Part shown: piece after piece, positions 12,739 through 21,356 of the stretch
How positions within the stretch are numbered: the stretch's first letter is position 1
How the letters are laid out: each line of letters starts with the position of its first letter
Virus record (IMG/VR): IMGVR_UViG_3300049019_000014
Span: 1-44,854 of that record
From: a virus
Length of the DNA: 44,854 nt
Direction: 5' to 3' (one strand)
The notes under the pieces: generated by a model
The model's database searches: none
What the model was told of the DNA's origin: nothing
What the model saw: only the letters and a program-made list of their open reading frames with translations
Translations under genes and position numbers: made by a program

Positions 12739-13335
12739 ATGGAGAAGCCAGATATCGAGCAAGTAACGTTCACCGCCAGCCTGTCGGATGGGGTGAAGTG
12801 GATGGACCTTGCAAGCAAGGGACCATGGGCAGGCCAGCCGGCCGAACCCCGGAAGTACCAATACGCCATAGGCAGGAATGACAGCTACGCTAGCTGGAAG
12901 ACCAACCCGGCGTTGTTCACACAGGTCATCGACGGCCTGAAATCGCTGCTCACCGATGCGTTCAGACACGGCAAGAAGCCCGACCTGATCGTATGCCACG
13001 GGAGCAGCGGCATATTTGCGTGTGCTCCGCTGGTTCCTTTCCTGGCAGAGCATGGCGTGTCGCTGTTCCATCTGCGCAAGCCCGGCGAGAATGCGCATGG
13101 GCAAGCGTTCGAGGGGCCGCGCATGGTGCGAGATCCGGACGAGGGCCTGTACGACGCTTGGCTGATCGATGACGGAATCGCCAGTGGCGGGACCGTGCGC
13201 CGCGTCGAGGAACTGCTGAAGACGTACAACGTCAATCTGAGCACCATCCTCCTGTACGCCGATCAGTGGTGCGGTTCCGGTGGTACTGACGCGCGAATCG
13301 TGCGCCGGGATTTCGTTGGAGAGGCATACGCATGA
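12739..13335 (+). CDS. Type-I phosphoribosyltransferase (PRT)-fold protein
   Basis: It has the PRPP-binding signature 'AWLIDDGIASGGTVRRV'. Upstream, 'PDLIVCHGSSGIFACAPLV...LRKPGE' parallels adenine/hypoxanthine PRTs. GGAGGA lies 5 nt upstream of ATG 12739. Confidence 0.7.
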   Translation: MEKPDIEQVTFTASLSDGVKWMDLASKGPWAGQPAEPRKYQYAIGRNDSYASWKTNPALFTQVIDGLKSLLTDAFRHGKKPDLIVCHGSSGIFACAPLVPFLAEHGVSLFHLRKPGENAHGQAFEGPRMVRDPDEGLYDAWLIDDGIASGGTVRRVEELLKTYNVNLSTILLYADQWCGSGGTDARIVRRDFVGEAYA

Positions 13336-13680
13336 GCCCCGCTGACTACCGTTACCGGGACTACCTGCGGGCACGTCACTTCTACAACAAGCGATAGCAC
13401 AGCCGCTTGCCCTTCACGAGAGGGCTTGCGAGTGTGTTAGCGAAAGCGACTGGCGGTGAACGACGCCAGCCTGAGTAAGCGGCCCTAGGACGGCTAGCTA
13501 TCACACTGTCATGTGTCACCCGACTTCTAAGCGGGAAGGACAGCCAATGGGCAGACGCAGCCCGGCGCTCTGGCGAGAGCATGGCCCTACATCAGTTGCA
13601 CGGAAGCCGGGGAACCGGAGTCTCTTGAACGTGCTTCGGGTGTAGGGCCACGCTTTTGCGCGTGTCAACAGGAGAAGCCC

Positions 13681-14106
13681 TTGATTATCAATTGCGGTCT
13701 CGGCGCACGTCCGGGAGAACCTCGTGTCAGCGTTCAAAAGCTGGCGCTTAACCTGCTGCACGCCACGCAGTGGGCGGCCGAGATCAGCGCGACAGTGCGC
13801 CTGTTCGATGCGTACGGGGCTGATCCCACGCTCGTCATCATCGCGCCAAACCTCAACGCCAGTCTGCTGTGGCGTAACTGCGTTGAGCGGCTGGCGGCGC
13901 GTGCCGATCAGGCGGCTGTGGCATGCCTGTTCAACGGGCATCGCGAGTTCATCGGCGCTGGGCCGTTCCCTGAGTGGGACGACAAGAAGTTCCTGATGCA
14001 GGATGGGCTGTCGCACCACCAGTGGATGACGATTCCGTACGGCGCGCAGGCTGGCCGTGCCGAGATCCCGCGCCGTGACTACGGGCCGAAGGGGCTGGTG
14101 CAATGA
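13681..14106 (+). CDS. Hypothetical protein (TTG start)
   Basis: The ORF is 141 aa, with AGGAGA 7 nt upstream of TTG 13681. It is ATGA-coupled to the next gene. Confidence 0.55.
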   Translation: MIINCGLGARPGEPRVSVQKLALNLLHATQWAAEISATVRLFDAYGADPTLVIIAPNLNASLLWRNCVERLAARADQAAVACLFNGHREFIGAGPFPEWDDKKFLMQDGLSHHQWMTIPYGAQAGRAEIPRRDYGPKGLVQ

Positions 14107-14288
14107 CCTTCACCCTCTACATGACGATCCTGTGGACCACGAGCGTTAGCTCCGTCGTGATGCCGGACTTCAGTACGCTCGCCGAGTGCAGCGCGTGGGG
14201 CCGGGCGTGGGCCGCGCAAGTGCAGGCCGAGCAACGCGAGAACCCCACCAAGTTCGCCAAGTGGGAATGCAAGAAGGTGCTGTCGTGA
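14103..14288 (+). CDS. Hypothetical small protein with a hydrophobic N-terminus
   Basis: The ORF is 61 aa and overlaps its neighbours by ATGA/GTGA coupling on both sides. Confidence 0.6.
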   Translation: MTFTLYMTILWTTSVSSVVMPDFSTLAECSAWGRAWAAQVQAEQRENPTKFAKWECKKVLS

Positions 14289-14512
14289 ACCAACACATCC
14301 GCTTCTTCCATGCACTGACCGGCGCTGGCTTGAGCGTTTATCAAGCTGAGAAGGTTGTGCGTGCGGCCGGCTTCCATGTGCTGGAAGAGCTGAACAACGG
14401 GGCGTGGGAGCGTGCGCTCTACTGCTGCACTGGATGGGGCAGCTTGCCCGGCCAGTGGGACGATTACGAAGCCGCATGGAAAGCACTCGGCGGCGGCCGA
14501 TACTACCTCTGA
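14285..14512 (+). CDS. Hypothetical protein (GTG start assumed)
   Basis: The ORF is 75 aa from GTG 14285, which overlaps the previous stop (GTGA). The alternative ATG at 14186 would overlap by 100 nt. Confidence 0.5.
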   Translation: MNQHIRFFHALTGAGLSVYQAEKVVRAAGFHVLEELNNGAWERALYCCTGWGSLPGQWDDYEAAWKALGGGRYYL

Positions 14513-14534
14513 TCTCAGCCACTAGCCCTGCGTG

Positions 14535-14550
14535 CAGGGCCTGTGGGTGC
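14535..14550 (+). promoter_or_regulatory. Post-gene GC-rich stem-loop D
   Basis: The sequence is gccctg-cgtg-cagggc, preceded by cta and followed by ctgtgggtgcgttcatttgg (compare the tail of stem-loop A). Confidence 0.4.
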
Positions 14551-14594
14551 GTTCATTTGGAACTAGCACCGTACCATCAACCCGGAAGGAAACC

Positions 14595-14951
14595 ATGTCC
14601 CTGCAAAAGCTGCAAGAGAAGAAGACCAAGATCGAAGCTGCCCTGGCCGAGATCGTCAAGAAGATCGCTGAAGCACGCTCGTCGAGCATCGACCTGACCC
14701 GCGTGGTCGCCGGTGCTGTCGTCACGTTCACCTACGGCAAGGGCGAGGGCAAGAAGGTCCTCACCGGCACCGTGCTCGGTCGCAAGGCTGCCGAGAAGGG
14801 CGCCGAGCTGGTGCGCCTGACCGTTGGCGAGGGCTTCGACGCGCAGACCGTCACGACCTTCATCGCGAACGTCAACACCATCGTTTCGTCGCCGGTCCCG
14901 GCCGATGGCGAAGAGTCCGCCCAACCCGACGTGCTGACCGCCGCCGAGTAA
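14595..14951 (+). CDS. Hypothetical protein
   Basis: The ORF is 118 aa from ATG 14595, with a GGAAGGAAA RBS. It has a Lys/Glu-rich N-terminal helix and an acidic C-terminus. Confidence 0.7.
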   Translation: MSLQKLQEKKTKIEAALAEIVKKIAEARSSSIDLTRVVAGAVVTFTYGKGEGKKVLTGTVLGRKAAEKGAELVRLTVGEGFDAQTVTTFIANVNTIVSSPVPADGEESAQPDVLTAAE

Positions 14952-14984
14952 ACCCAACCGGCCGAGCCGAGACACCGAACAACC

Positions 14985-15069
14985 CCGTACCTGCTTCGGC
15001 GGGTGCGGCGTATGCGCTTGTGCCTATCACCTGGGCCGCCATGAGTACACTATGGTAGCGCATACGCCG
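14985..15069 (+). other. Structured intergenic RNA element: a cUUCGg-capped 10-bp hairpin overlapping a 13-bp long-range stem
   Basis: 14985-14994 pairs with 14999-15008 around a ttcg loop. 15006-15018 (cggcgtatgcgct) is complementary to 15057-15069 (agcgcatacgccg). Confidence 0.5.
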
Positions 15070-15099
15070 GACCCGCTGGGTCTTACCTGAAAGGACATC

Positions 15100-15324
15100 A
15101 TGAAACTGTGGCGTACACTGCGGGCGCAGAAGGCGTTCCGCACCGAGGTCAACGAAGCGCGCAAGCTCACCATGGGCGAGCGCTTCGAGGCATTCCTGGG
15201 CCGCATCGGCCGCATGCTGAAGGCGAACACCGCGACCACGAAGGTCTCGTTCCCTTCGCCCCTGCTGCAGCGCCTGATGCTGCGTGGTGGGTACTGGCAC
15301 ATGCCCGAGGGCGTTGAGCCATGA
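15100..15324 (+). CDS. Hypothetical protein
   Basis: The ORF is 74 aa with an AAAGGA RBS. Confidence 0.65.
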   Translation: MKLWRTLRAQKAFRTEVNEARKLTMGERFEAFLGRIGRMLKANTATTKVSFPSPLLQRLMLRGGYWHMPEGVEP

Positions 15325-15629
15325 CCGCGCTGCTGCGTGCGAAGGCGCGGCACTACGTGCTGATGCTGGCGGTCGCCCTCGCTGACCTGCTAGAAGAGTT
15401 GGCGACGAGCGTTCGTGATGCGGTGCTGACCGCGTACTGGTCCGCCCATGACGCCGAGTGGCAAGCAGGCATTGCCCTGGGGCAGGCCGCCACGGCGAAG
15501 GCCGATGCCGAGATCGCCGACGAGCTGGCCGCGTTTACCACGCTGCAAGACATGGCGAACAAGCAAGCGCAGCGTTGGATCACCGCGCAGCGCGGCCGAG
15601 ACGCACGCATCGAGAAGCTCATCGGCTGA
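15321..15629 (+). CDS. Hypothetical protein
   Basis: The ORF is 102 aa, ATGA-coupled upstream and TGATG-coupled downstream. Confidence 0.65.
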   Translation: MTALLRAKARHYVLMLAVALADLLEELATSVRDAVLTAYWSAHDAEWQAGIALGQAATAKADAEIADELAAFTTLQDMANKQAQRWITAQRGRDARIEKLIG

Positions 15630-16540
15630 TGCTGGACCCGAGTAGCTGGCTGTCAAAGGCCGCTGCTCTCCCGCCCGGGAGAAGGTCGCGCGTCGATCAT
15701 GTGTGCGGCCCGGGACGTACACTCCTAATTCGACATGACGAGACAGGAGAACTGCATGCATGGTGCTTCAGGTGCAACGAAGGGGGCCAGCACCGACCCC
15801 AACCAACGCTTGCTCAACTGGTTGAGCGATCCCGTACGCTTGCACTCGCTGATGAGGCTTGCCGCCGAGGTGGCGAAGGAGTCGGGTGCGAGCTACCTGT
15901 CGGGTGTACCGATGCAGTGGACGATTGGCCAACTGGTGCAAGGCTCTGGCTTTACCGAGCAGGTCTTGGCAAGCCCGAGATCGCGGCGCTGGGAGCCGTG
16001 TACCACCGACCGAGCGACCGTATCGTTTTGCCAGTCCGGGATGCTGGTGGATCAACCGTCTATTGGACGGCGCGTGCATATCAGCCGGGCCGGACGCCCA
16101 AGTACCTCGGTGCAGCCGAAAGGCCAGCCTGCGTCCTTGTCTACCCCGCGCACCGGTCTGCTGCACTGGTATCTGCACGCACAGGACACCACGCAACGGG
16201 TCATCCCATCCTCACTGAGGACGCTCTAAGCGCCTTCAAGATCAGCCTCGCAGGTTTCGAGGCATGGCCCGTGATGGGCACAAGCGTTCCCGCTTCGTAC
16301 GTAGCCGAGCTGCTACGGCGGGGCGGGTGTTCCCTTTGGCTCGACCCTGATCCTGCCGGGCAACGCGCTGCTGCGCGGTACGGCAAACAACTGCGCGCTT
16401 ACGGTGTCCCTGTGCAGAACATCGTGTCTCTGCGCGACCCTAAGCTGCACTTCATCGACGACATCAAGGAGATCATCCATGCATCCCGAAACCCCGAGCA
16501 ACACCCCGCGTCTTCGTACCTTGTTGGACCGTGTACGTGA
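15629..16540 (+). CDS. DNA primase (zinc-finger plus TOPRIM, T7 gp4 N-terminal-like)
   Basis: It has a CHC2-like zinc motif 'HVCGPG...HAWCFRC', a TOPRIM Glu in 'ILTEDALSAFK' and DxD in 'LWLDPDPAG'. The start is taken at ATG 15629, which overlaps the previous stop. Confidence 0.8.
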   Translation: MLDPSSWLSKAAALPPGRRSRVDHVCGPGRTLLIRHDETGELHAWCFRCNEGGQHRPQPTLAQLVERSRTLALADEACRRGGEGVGCELPVGCTDAVDDWPTGARLWLYRAGLGKPEIAALGAVYHRPSDRIVLPVRDAGGSTVYWTARAYQPGRTPKYLGAAERPACVLVYPAHRSAALVSARTGHHATGHPILTEDALSAFKISLAGFEAWPVMGTSVPASYVAELLRRGGCSLWLDPDPAGQRAAARYGKQLRAYGVPVQNIVSLRDPKLHFIDDIKEIIHASRNPEQHPASSYLVGPCT

Positions 16541-16733
16541 CGTGCTCGCTGGCCAGCCCGGCCAGTGGCTGACCCTCGACCTTATCACCGGCATGGTGGG
16601 CAGCACCACAACGGCCAGCGTGTCGGCCCGCATCCGCGACCTGCGCAAGGTGAAGTTCGGCGCGCACAAGATCGAGAAGCGCCGGCTGTATGAGGGCGTG
16701 TACCAGTACCGTCTGGTGCTGCCGGCTCTGTAA
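16479..16733 (+). CDS. Winged-helix DNA-binding protein candidate
   Basis: The ORF is 84 aa from ATG 16479, with AAGGAG 7 nt upstream. 'SVSARIRDLRKVKFGAHKIEKRR...YQYRLV' has the recognition-helix plus wing pattern. It overlaps the primase 3' end by 62 nt. Confidence 0.55.
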   Translation: MHPETPSNTPRLRTLLDRVRDVLAGQPGQWLTLDLITGMVGSTTTASVSARIRDLRKVKFGAHKIEKRRLYEGVYQYRLVLPAL

Positions 16734-16858
16734 TGCCAATCTGCCACAAGTGCACATTCCTGCTGGCCCGTGTCAGCATGGCAACCCCGCACAAGTGGCG
16801 GTGTATCAACGCACGCTGCTCGCTCTACGAGAAGGTAGTGCACCGAGAGAAAGGATAA
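16733..16858 (+). CDS. 41-aa zinc-ribbon-like micro-ORF
   Basis: It is TAATG-coupled. The peptide is MPICHKCTFLLARVSMATPHKWRCINARCSLYEKVVHREKG (CxxC-x16-CxxxxC). It fills the gap before the helicase. Confidence 0.4.
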   Translation: MPICHKCTFLLARVSMATPHKWRCINARCSLYEKVVHREKG

Positions 16859-16859
16859 C

Positions 16860-18173
16860 GTGAGTCTTGACCTGACCACACTGCGCCTGCTGAAGTATCG
16901 AACCCGCTATGAGAGCATGGCGCGTGCGGTTCCTCGGCGGGCGCTCGACACCCGTACGCAGGTAATCCTGTCGGACTTCGGCCGGTACTTCTCGGAGTTC
17001 CCGAACGCCACAGTGATCCATGCCGAGGCGTTCAAGGTGTTCTTCACCAGCATCCATCCGACGCTGACCGACGCCGACCTCGCGGTGTACTCCGAGCTGT
17101 TCCAGCGGGTGGAAGCGGAAGAGGTACAGCCGGCCGTTGCCGAGGGCCTGATGAAGCGGCTCACGGAAACTGCGATGGCCTTCGACGTGGCACAGAAGAT
17201 CGCTGCGTACAACGAGGGGCAGGAGATCGATCTCCGCGCTGACCTGCTGGCCTTCGTGGATCGGTACGATCAGCAGATCGATCGCAAGGTGCGCAACCCG
17301 CAGGTGCTCGACCCAATCGAGGACTTGCTGCTGGCTGAAGCGAACGACACCGGCCTGCACTGGCGGCTCAACTGCCTGAACAGGCACATCAAACCCCTGG
17401 TTGGGGGTGATTTTGTCGTTTGTGCTTCCCGGCCTGACAAGGGCAAGACCACGTTCTGGACGGACCAGCTCACGTTCATGGCGCCACAAGTGGACCAGCT
17501 CTGGCCGGGCCGCAAGCGTAGCATCCTGTGGTTCAACAACGAGGGGCCGGGCAAGCGTATCGTGACGCGCTGCTTCCAGTCCGCGCTGAACGCCACCGTA
17601 GAGGATCTGGTCAAGCTGTCCAACATCCCAGCCGATCCGGAGTACGCCCATTACAAGACGATGGTGAGGCAGAAGTACGCCCTTGCCCTTGGCGGGCGGC
17701 CCGGCGTACTGCGGATCTTCGACATCCACGATATGTGGAATCACGAGGTCGAAGAGATCATCGATATGTACGATCCGGCACTGGTGCTGTTCGACATGAT
17801 CGACAACATCAAGTTCGGCGGCGAGGTGAGCAACAACGGGCAGCGCACGGACCAGCTTCTCGAAGCGATGTACCAGTGGGGCCGGCTGCGCGGGGTCAAG
17901 CATGACTGTGCCGTGGCGGCTAACTCGCAGCTATCAGCGGACGCAGACGGCGTGCCGTTCCCGACGCTGCCGCAGCTCAAGGACAGCAAGACCGGCAAGC
18001 AAGGCGCGGCGGACTGCATCATCACCATCGGCACAGTCAATGACCCGGTGCTGGAGAACAGCAGGTACTTCGGCACGACGAAGAACAAGAAGGTTCGTAC
18101 GGGCATGAAGGCTTCACCCATGACCGAGGTGCAGTTCGACGGCAACCGTGGTCGCTACGTGGAGACGGAATGA
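16860..18173 (+). CDS. DnaB-like replicative helicase (T7 gp4 C-terminal-like)
   Basis: It has Walker A 'SRPDKGKT', Walker B 'LVLFDMID' and 'ANSQLS'. The GTG start has an AAAGGA RBS. Confidence 0.88.
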   Translation: MSLDLTTLRLLKYRTRYESMARAVPRRALDTRTQVILSDFGRYFSEFPNATVIHAEAFKVFFTSIHPTLTDADLAVYSELFQRVEAEEVQPAVAEGLMKRLTETAMAFDVAQKIAAYNEGQEIDLRADLLAFVDRYDQQIDRKVRNPQVLDPIEDLLLAEANDTGLHWRLNCLNRHIKPLVGGDFVVCASRPDKGKTTFWTDQLTFMAPQVDQLWPGRKRSILWFNNEGPGKRIVTRCFQSALNATVEDLVKLSNIPADPEYAHYKTMVRQKYALALGGRPGVLRIFDIHDMWNHEVEEIIDMYDPALVLFDMIDNIKFGGEVSNNGQRTDQLLEAMYQWGRLRGVKHDCAVAANSQLSADADGVPFPTLPQLKDSKTGKQGAADCIITIGTVNDPVLENSRYFGTTKNKKVRTGMKASPMTEVQFDGNRGRYVETE

Positions 18174-18712
18174 GCGCAACCATCAAGACGAACAAGGGCC
18201 GGCACTTCTTCTTTGACAACCCGGCCGCCCACGATTACGACCCGGAAGAGATAGCGTTCGCGCTGTCGCACATCAACCGGTTCACCGGGCACGCCGGCCC
18301 GTACTCCGTGGCGCAGCACAGCGTGCATGTGATGAGCCTGCTGCCCGACAAGCTGCAGCTCTGCGGCCTGCTGCACGATGCGGCCGAGGCGTACCTAGGT
18401 GACGTGGCATCGCCGCTGAAGCAGCTCATCCGTCCGCTCTACAAGCCCCTCGAAGACGCAGTGGAGCAGGCGATAGCCGCGCAGCACGGCCTGCCATTCC
18501 CATTCCCGCCAGAGATCAAGCGCGCCGACCTCGTGATGCTGCTGTCCGAGCACCGGGATCTGATGCGCCGCAACGCGCTGGAGGGGCAGGACACCGTGCA
18601 CTGGCCGCAAGACATCAAACCCGTGCAGTGGAAGGTAGTGCCATGGCCTGCCAGCTACGCCGAGAAGCAGTTCCTCTACCACTTTGAAAGGCTGACCCGT
18701 GACCCACGCTGA
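18170..18712 (+). CDS. HD-domain metal-dependent phosphohydrolase (YfbR/5'-nucleotidase-like)
   Basis: The motifs are 'VAQHSVHV' followed by 'LLHDAAEAYLGDV', giving the H...HD...D pattern. The ORF is 180 aa. Confidence 0.65.
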   Translation: MSATIKTNKGRHFFFDNPAAHDYDPEEIAFALSHINRFTGHAGPYSVAQHSVHVMSLLPDKLQLCGLLHDAAEAYLGDVASPLKQLIRPLYKPLEDAVEQAIAAQHGLPFPFPPEIKRADLVMLLSEHRDLMRRNALEGQDTVHWPQDIKPVQWKVVPWPASYAEKQFLYHFERLTRDPR

Positions 18713-18938
18713 CCGCGCGTACACCGCGCCCCAAGAACTGGCCGACATCCGCAAGGAGTTCAAGCCCACCCTGTTCTGTTCCGTCGATGGCGTCGAGTAC
18801 GCTGCGCACCCGGTCACCGGGAACAGCGACAACAACAACCTGTGTGAGGGCTGCGCCGGCGAGGACAACGCGCTGTGCATCCAGCTCGCTGAGTGCGTGG
18901 TGCCGGACCAGATCATCTGGATCGCCCGGGAGCAGTAA
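18699..18938 (+). CDS. Hypothetical Cys-containing small protein
   Basis: The ORF is 79 aa with a GTG start and a GAAAGG RBS. It is TAATG-coupled to the DNA polymerase. Confidence 0.55.
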   Translation: MTHADRAYTAPQELADIRKEFKPTLFCSVDGVEYAAHPVTGNSDNNNLCEGCAGEDNALCIQLAECVVPDQIIWIAREQ

Positions 18939-21346
18939 TGCTCAAGACGTGGGACATTGAAACCACCACGGGCACACGCTTCAAGCGCAAGGGCACGCCG
19001 TTCGCGGACGCCATCAATTGGGTTGTCACCCACGGCTGGAAGTCTGTCGGTGAGCCGGTGCACGAGCGGCGCTTCGGCGCGCAGCGGCCCGGCCCCGGTT
19101 GGCTGCGCGAGGTGCTCGACGGATGCACGCTGCTCGGCGGGTTCAACATCAAGTTCGACTTGCTGCATGCGCTGCAGGATGCGGACAACCTCTCCGCGTG
19201 GATGGAGTGGGTCGCCAACGGTGGAAACATTTGGGACGCCCAGCTAGCAGAGTACCTGCTCGAAGGGATGGACCAGAAGAACCACATGCTCTCGCTGGAT
19301 GAGGTGGCGCCACGCTACGGCGGGCAGACCAAGTTCGATGAGGTCAAGCTGCTGTGGGAAGCGGGCGTCAACACGCACGAGATCGAGCCCGCGCTGCTGA
19401 CCCGCTACCTGTGCGGCGATCCGTCGAAAGGAGAACTCGGGGACGTGGAGAACACGGAACTGATCGTTCGCGGCCAGCTCAAGCGTGCCCGGGACTGCGG
19501 CCAGCTCCGCTCCATCATGCTCAACATGGGCGCCCTGATCTGCTCCATTGAAATGGAACGGAACGGGATGTTCGTGGACAAGGCACGCGGCCTCGTCATG
19601 GCCGAGGAACTGAAGGGCAAGATAGCCGAGCTTGACAAGCTGCTGATCGAGTTCATCCCGAAGGACCTCCCGTTCACGTTCAATTGGGGATCACCCAAGC
19701 AGAAGTCTGCGCTGATCTTCGGTGGCACTGTGCAGTGGGATGCGTACGAGTACGATCTTGCACACGGCGGCACGATTCTGAAGCACGAGTACGACTGGCA
19801 AGAGGATAACCGCGCCGATGCCGGTAACCCTCCCGCCCTGGCCTATGCGCAGATGGATCAGGTCCAATGGGTCCTGAACGACGGCAGCACCACGTCGGTC
19901 GATCCGTTCGACGCCGAGGATCTATCCCGGTACGCCTCATACAAGGCCGGCAAGAACGCAGGCGACTACAAGACGAAGAAGGTCAAGGTAGACAACCTCG
20001 ACAAGCCGAAGGGCCGCTCCGTCAAGGCACCGTACACCTTCGCAGGCTTCACCAAGCCGGACAAGCGGTGGGCCAGCAGCGAGCCTGGGTTCTACAGCAC
20101 GAGCAGCGACGTGATCGAGGAACTCGGGTCACGGAACATCCCGTTCCTGAAGACCCTCTCGCTGTTCCAGAAGCTGACCAAGGATCTCGGCACGTACTTC
20201 ATCAGCGAGGGCACCAACGGCGAGCCGAAGGGGATGCTCACGCTGGTCGGGCTGGATGGGCTGATCCATCACAAGATCAACCACACGAGTACCGTCACCG
20301 GCCGCTTCAGCGAGTCGGACCCTAACCTGCAGAATGTGCCGAAGGGCAACAAGTCTAAGGTGAAGCTGCTGTTCATCAGCCGCTGGGGCGCAGACGGACT
20401 CATCATTCAGTCCGACTTCTCATCGCTGGAAATCTACATCCAGGCGATCCTCACGCACTGCTCGCAGCTCATCGCTGACTTGCGAGCCGGGCTGGACATG
20501 CACGTCAAGCGCCTCGCCCTCAAGGAGGGCATGACGTACGACGAAGTGTTCGTGCTGTGCAAGGGCGACAAGGCCACCGGCGCAGAGCCGGTCCCCGAGT
20601 GGGACTACAAGCGCACTGGCGCGAAGGTGTTCTCGTTCCAGCGTGCATACGGCGCCGGGGCTGCGAAGATCGCAGACGATACCGGCATGCCGATTGACGA
20701 CGTGAAGGCGCTGATCGTGGCCGAAGAGGCGGAGTACCCCGAGATCGGGGAGCACTTCACCGAGCGCACGAAGGAGATCAAGGCGAACCGCAAGTCCAGC
20801 GGGTACTCGATACCGCACCCGGAGTTCCCCGCCGTGATGTGCAACCTGGGCAAGGCATACATCCGCACGCCGGACGGCAAGCTGTACTCCTATCAGGAGT
20901 CGCCGAGCCCTGAGTACCTCGTGAAGAAGGGCATCTACTGTTCCTTCTCTCCGACCGAGATCAAGAACTACGAAGTGCAGGGCACTGGTGGCGAATGGAT
21001 GAAGGCGGCGATGTGGCTCATGGTGCGTGCTTGGTACGCAAGAAAGAACTTCGATGGCCTGTCCCTGCTCGTCAACACGGTGCACGATGCCGCTTACGCC
21101 GACTCGCATAAGAAGGTTGCGCTTGAGAGCGCGGCTCTCCTGCATGCGTGTATGGAAGCGGCGAGCGATCTCATGGAGTATTGGTTTGCTTGGACACTGC
21201 CTCTACCCGTACCCTCTGACACGTCCTGGGGACCGTCCATGATGGACGAAGAGAAGATCCCAGGGCTCAACGAATTGGTCCAACCCCTGCGCAGGCAGCT
21301 TCGTGACCAGTACATGGAAGGCTATACGCCCTCCTACCTCCACTGA
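18938..21346 (+). CDS. Family A DNA polymerase with 3'-5' exonuclease domain
   Basis: It has ExoI 'WDIETT', motif A 'DFSSLEIY', motif B 'RTGAKVFSFQRAYGAG' and motif C 'VHDAAY'. The start is taken at ATG 18938. Confidence 0.93.
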   Translation: MLKTWDIETTTGTRFKRKGTPFADAINWVVTHGWKSVGEPVHERRFGAQRPGPGWLREVLDGCTLLGGFNIKFDLLHALQDADNLSAWMEWVANGGNIWDAQLAEYLLEGMDQKNHMLSLDEVAPRYGGQTKFDEVKLLWEAGVNTHEIEPALLTRYLCGDPSKGELGDVENTELIVRGQLKRARDCGQLRSIMLNMGALICSIEMERNGMFVDKARGLVMAEELKGKIAELDKLLIEFIPKDLPFTFNWGSPKQKSALIFGGTVQWDAYEYDLAHGGTILKHEYDWQEDNRADAGNPPALAYAQMDQVQWVLNDGSTTSVDPFDAEDLSRYASYKAGKNAGDYKTKKVKVDNLDKPKGRSVKAPYTFAGFTKPDKRWASSEPGFYSTSSDVIEELGSRNIPFLKTLSLFQKLTKDLGTYFISEGTNGEPKGMLTLVGLDGLIHHKINHTSTVTGRFSESDPNLQNVPKGNKSKVKLLFISRWGADGLIIQSDFSSLEIYIQAILTHCSQLIADLRAGLDMHVKRLALKEGMTYDEVFVLCKGDKATGAEPVPEWDYKRTGAKVFSFQRAYGAGAAKIADDTGMPIDDVKALIVAEEAEYPEIGEHFTERTKEIKANRKSSGYSIPHPEFPAVMCNLGKAYIRTPDGKLYSYQESPSPEYLVKKGIYCSFSPTEIKNYEVQGTGGEWMKAAMWLMVRAWYARKNFDGLSLLVNTVHDAAYADSHKKVALESAALLHACMEAASDLMEYWFAWTLPLPVPSDTSWGPSMMDEEKIPGLNELVQPLRRQLRDQYMEGYTPSYLH

Positions 21347-21356
21347 CCGAAAGGAA

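Noticed and set aside
15458-15628. Upstream extension of the primase ORF (ATG 15458)
   Set aside because: The extension overlaps gene 15321..15629 in another frame and translates to Arg/Gly/Ala-rich low-complexity sequence. ATG 15629 overlaps the upstream stop (TGATG), as elsewhere in this genome.
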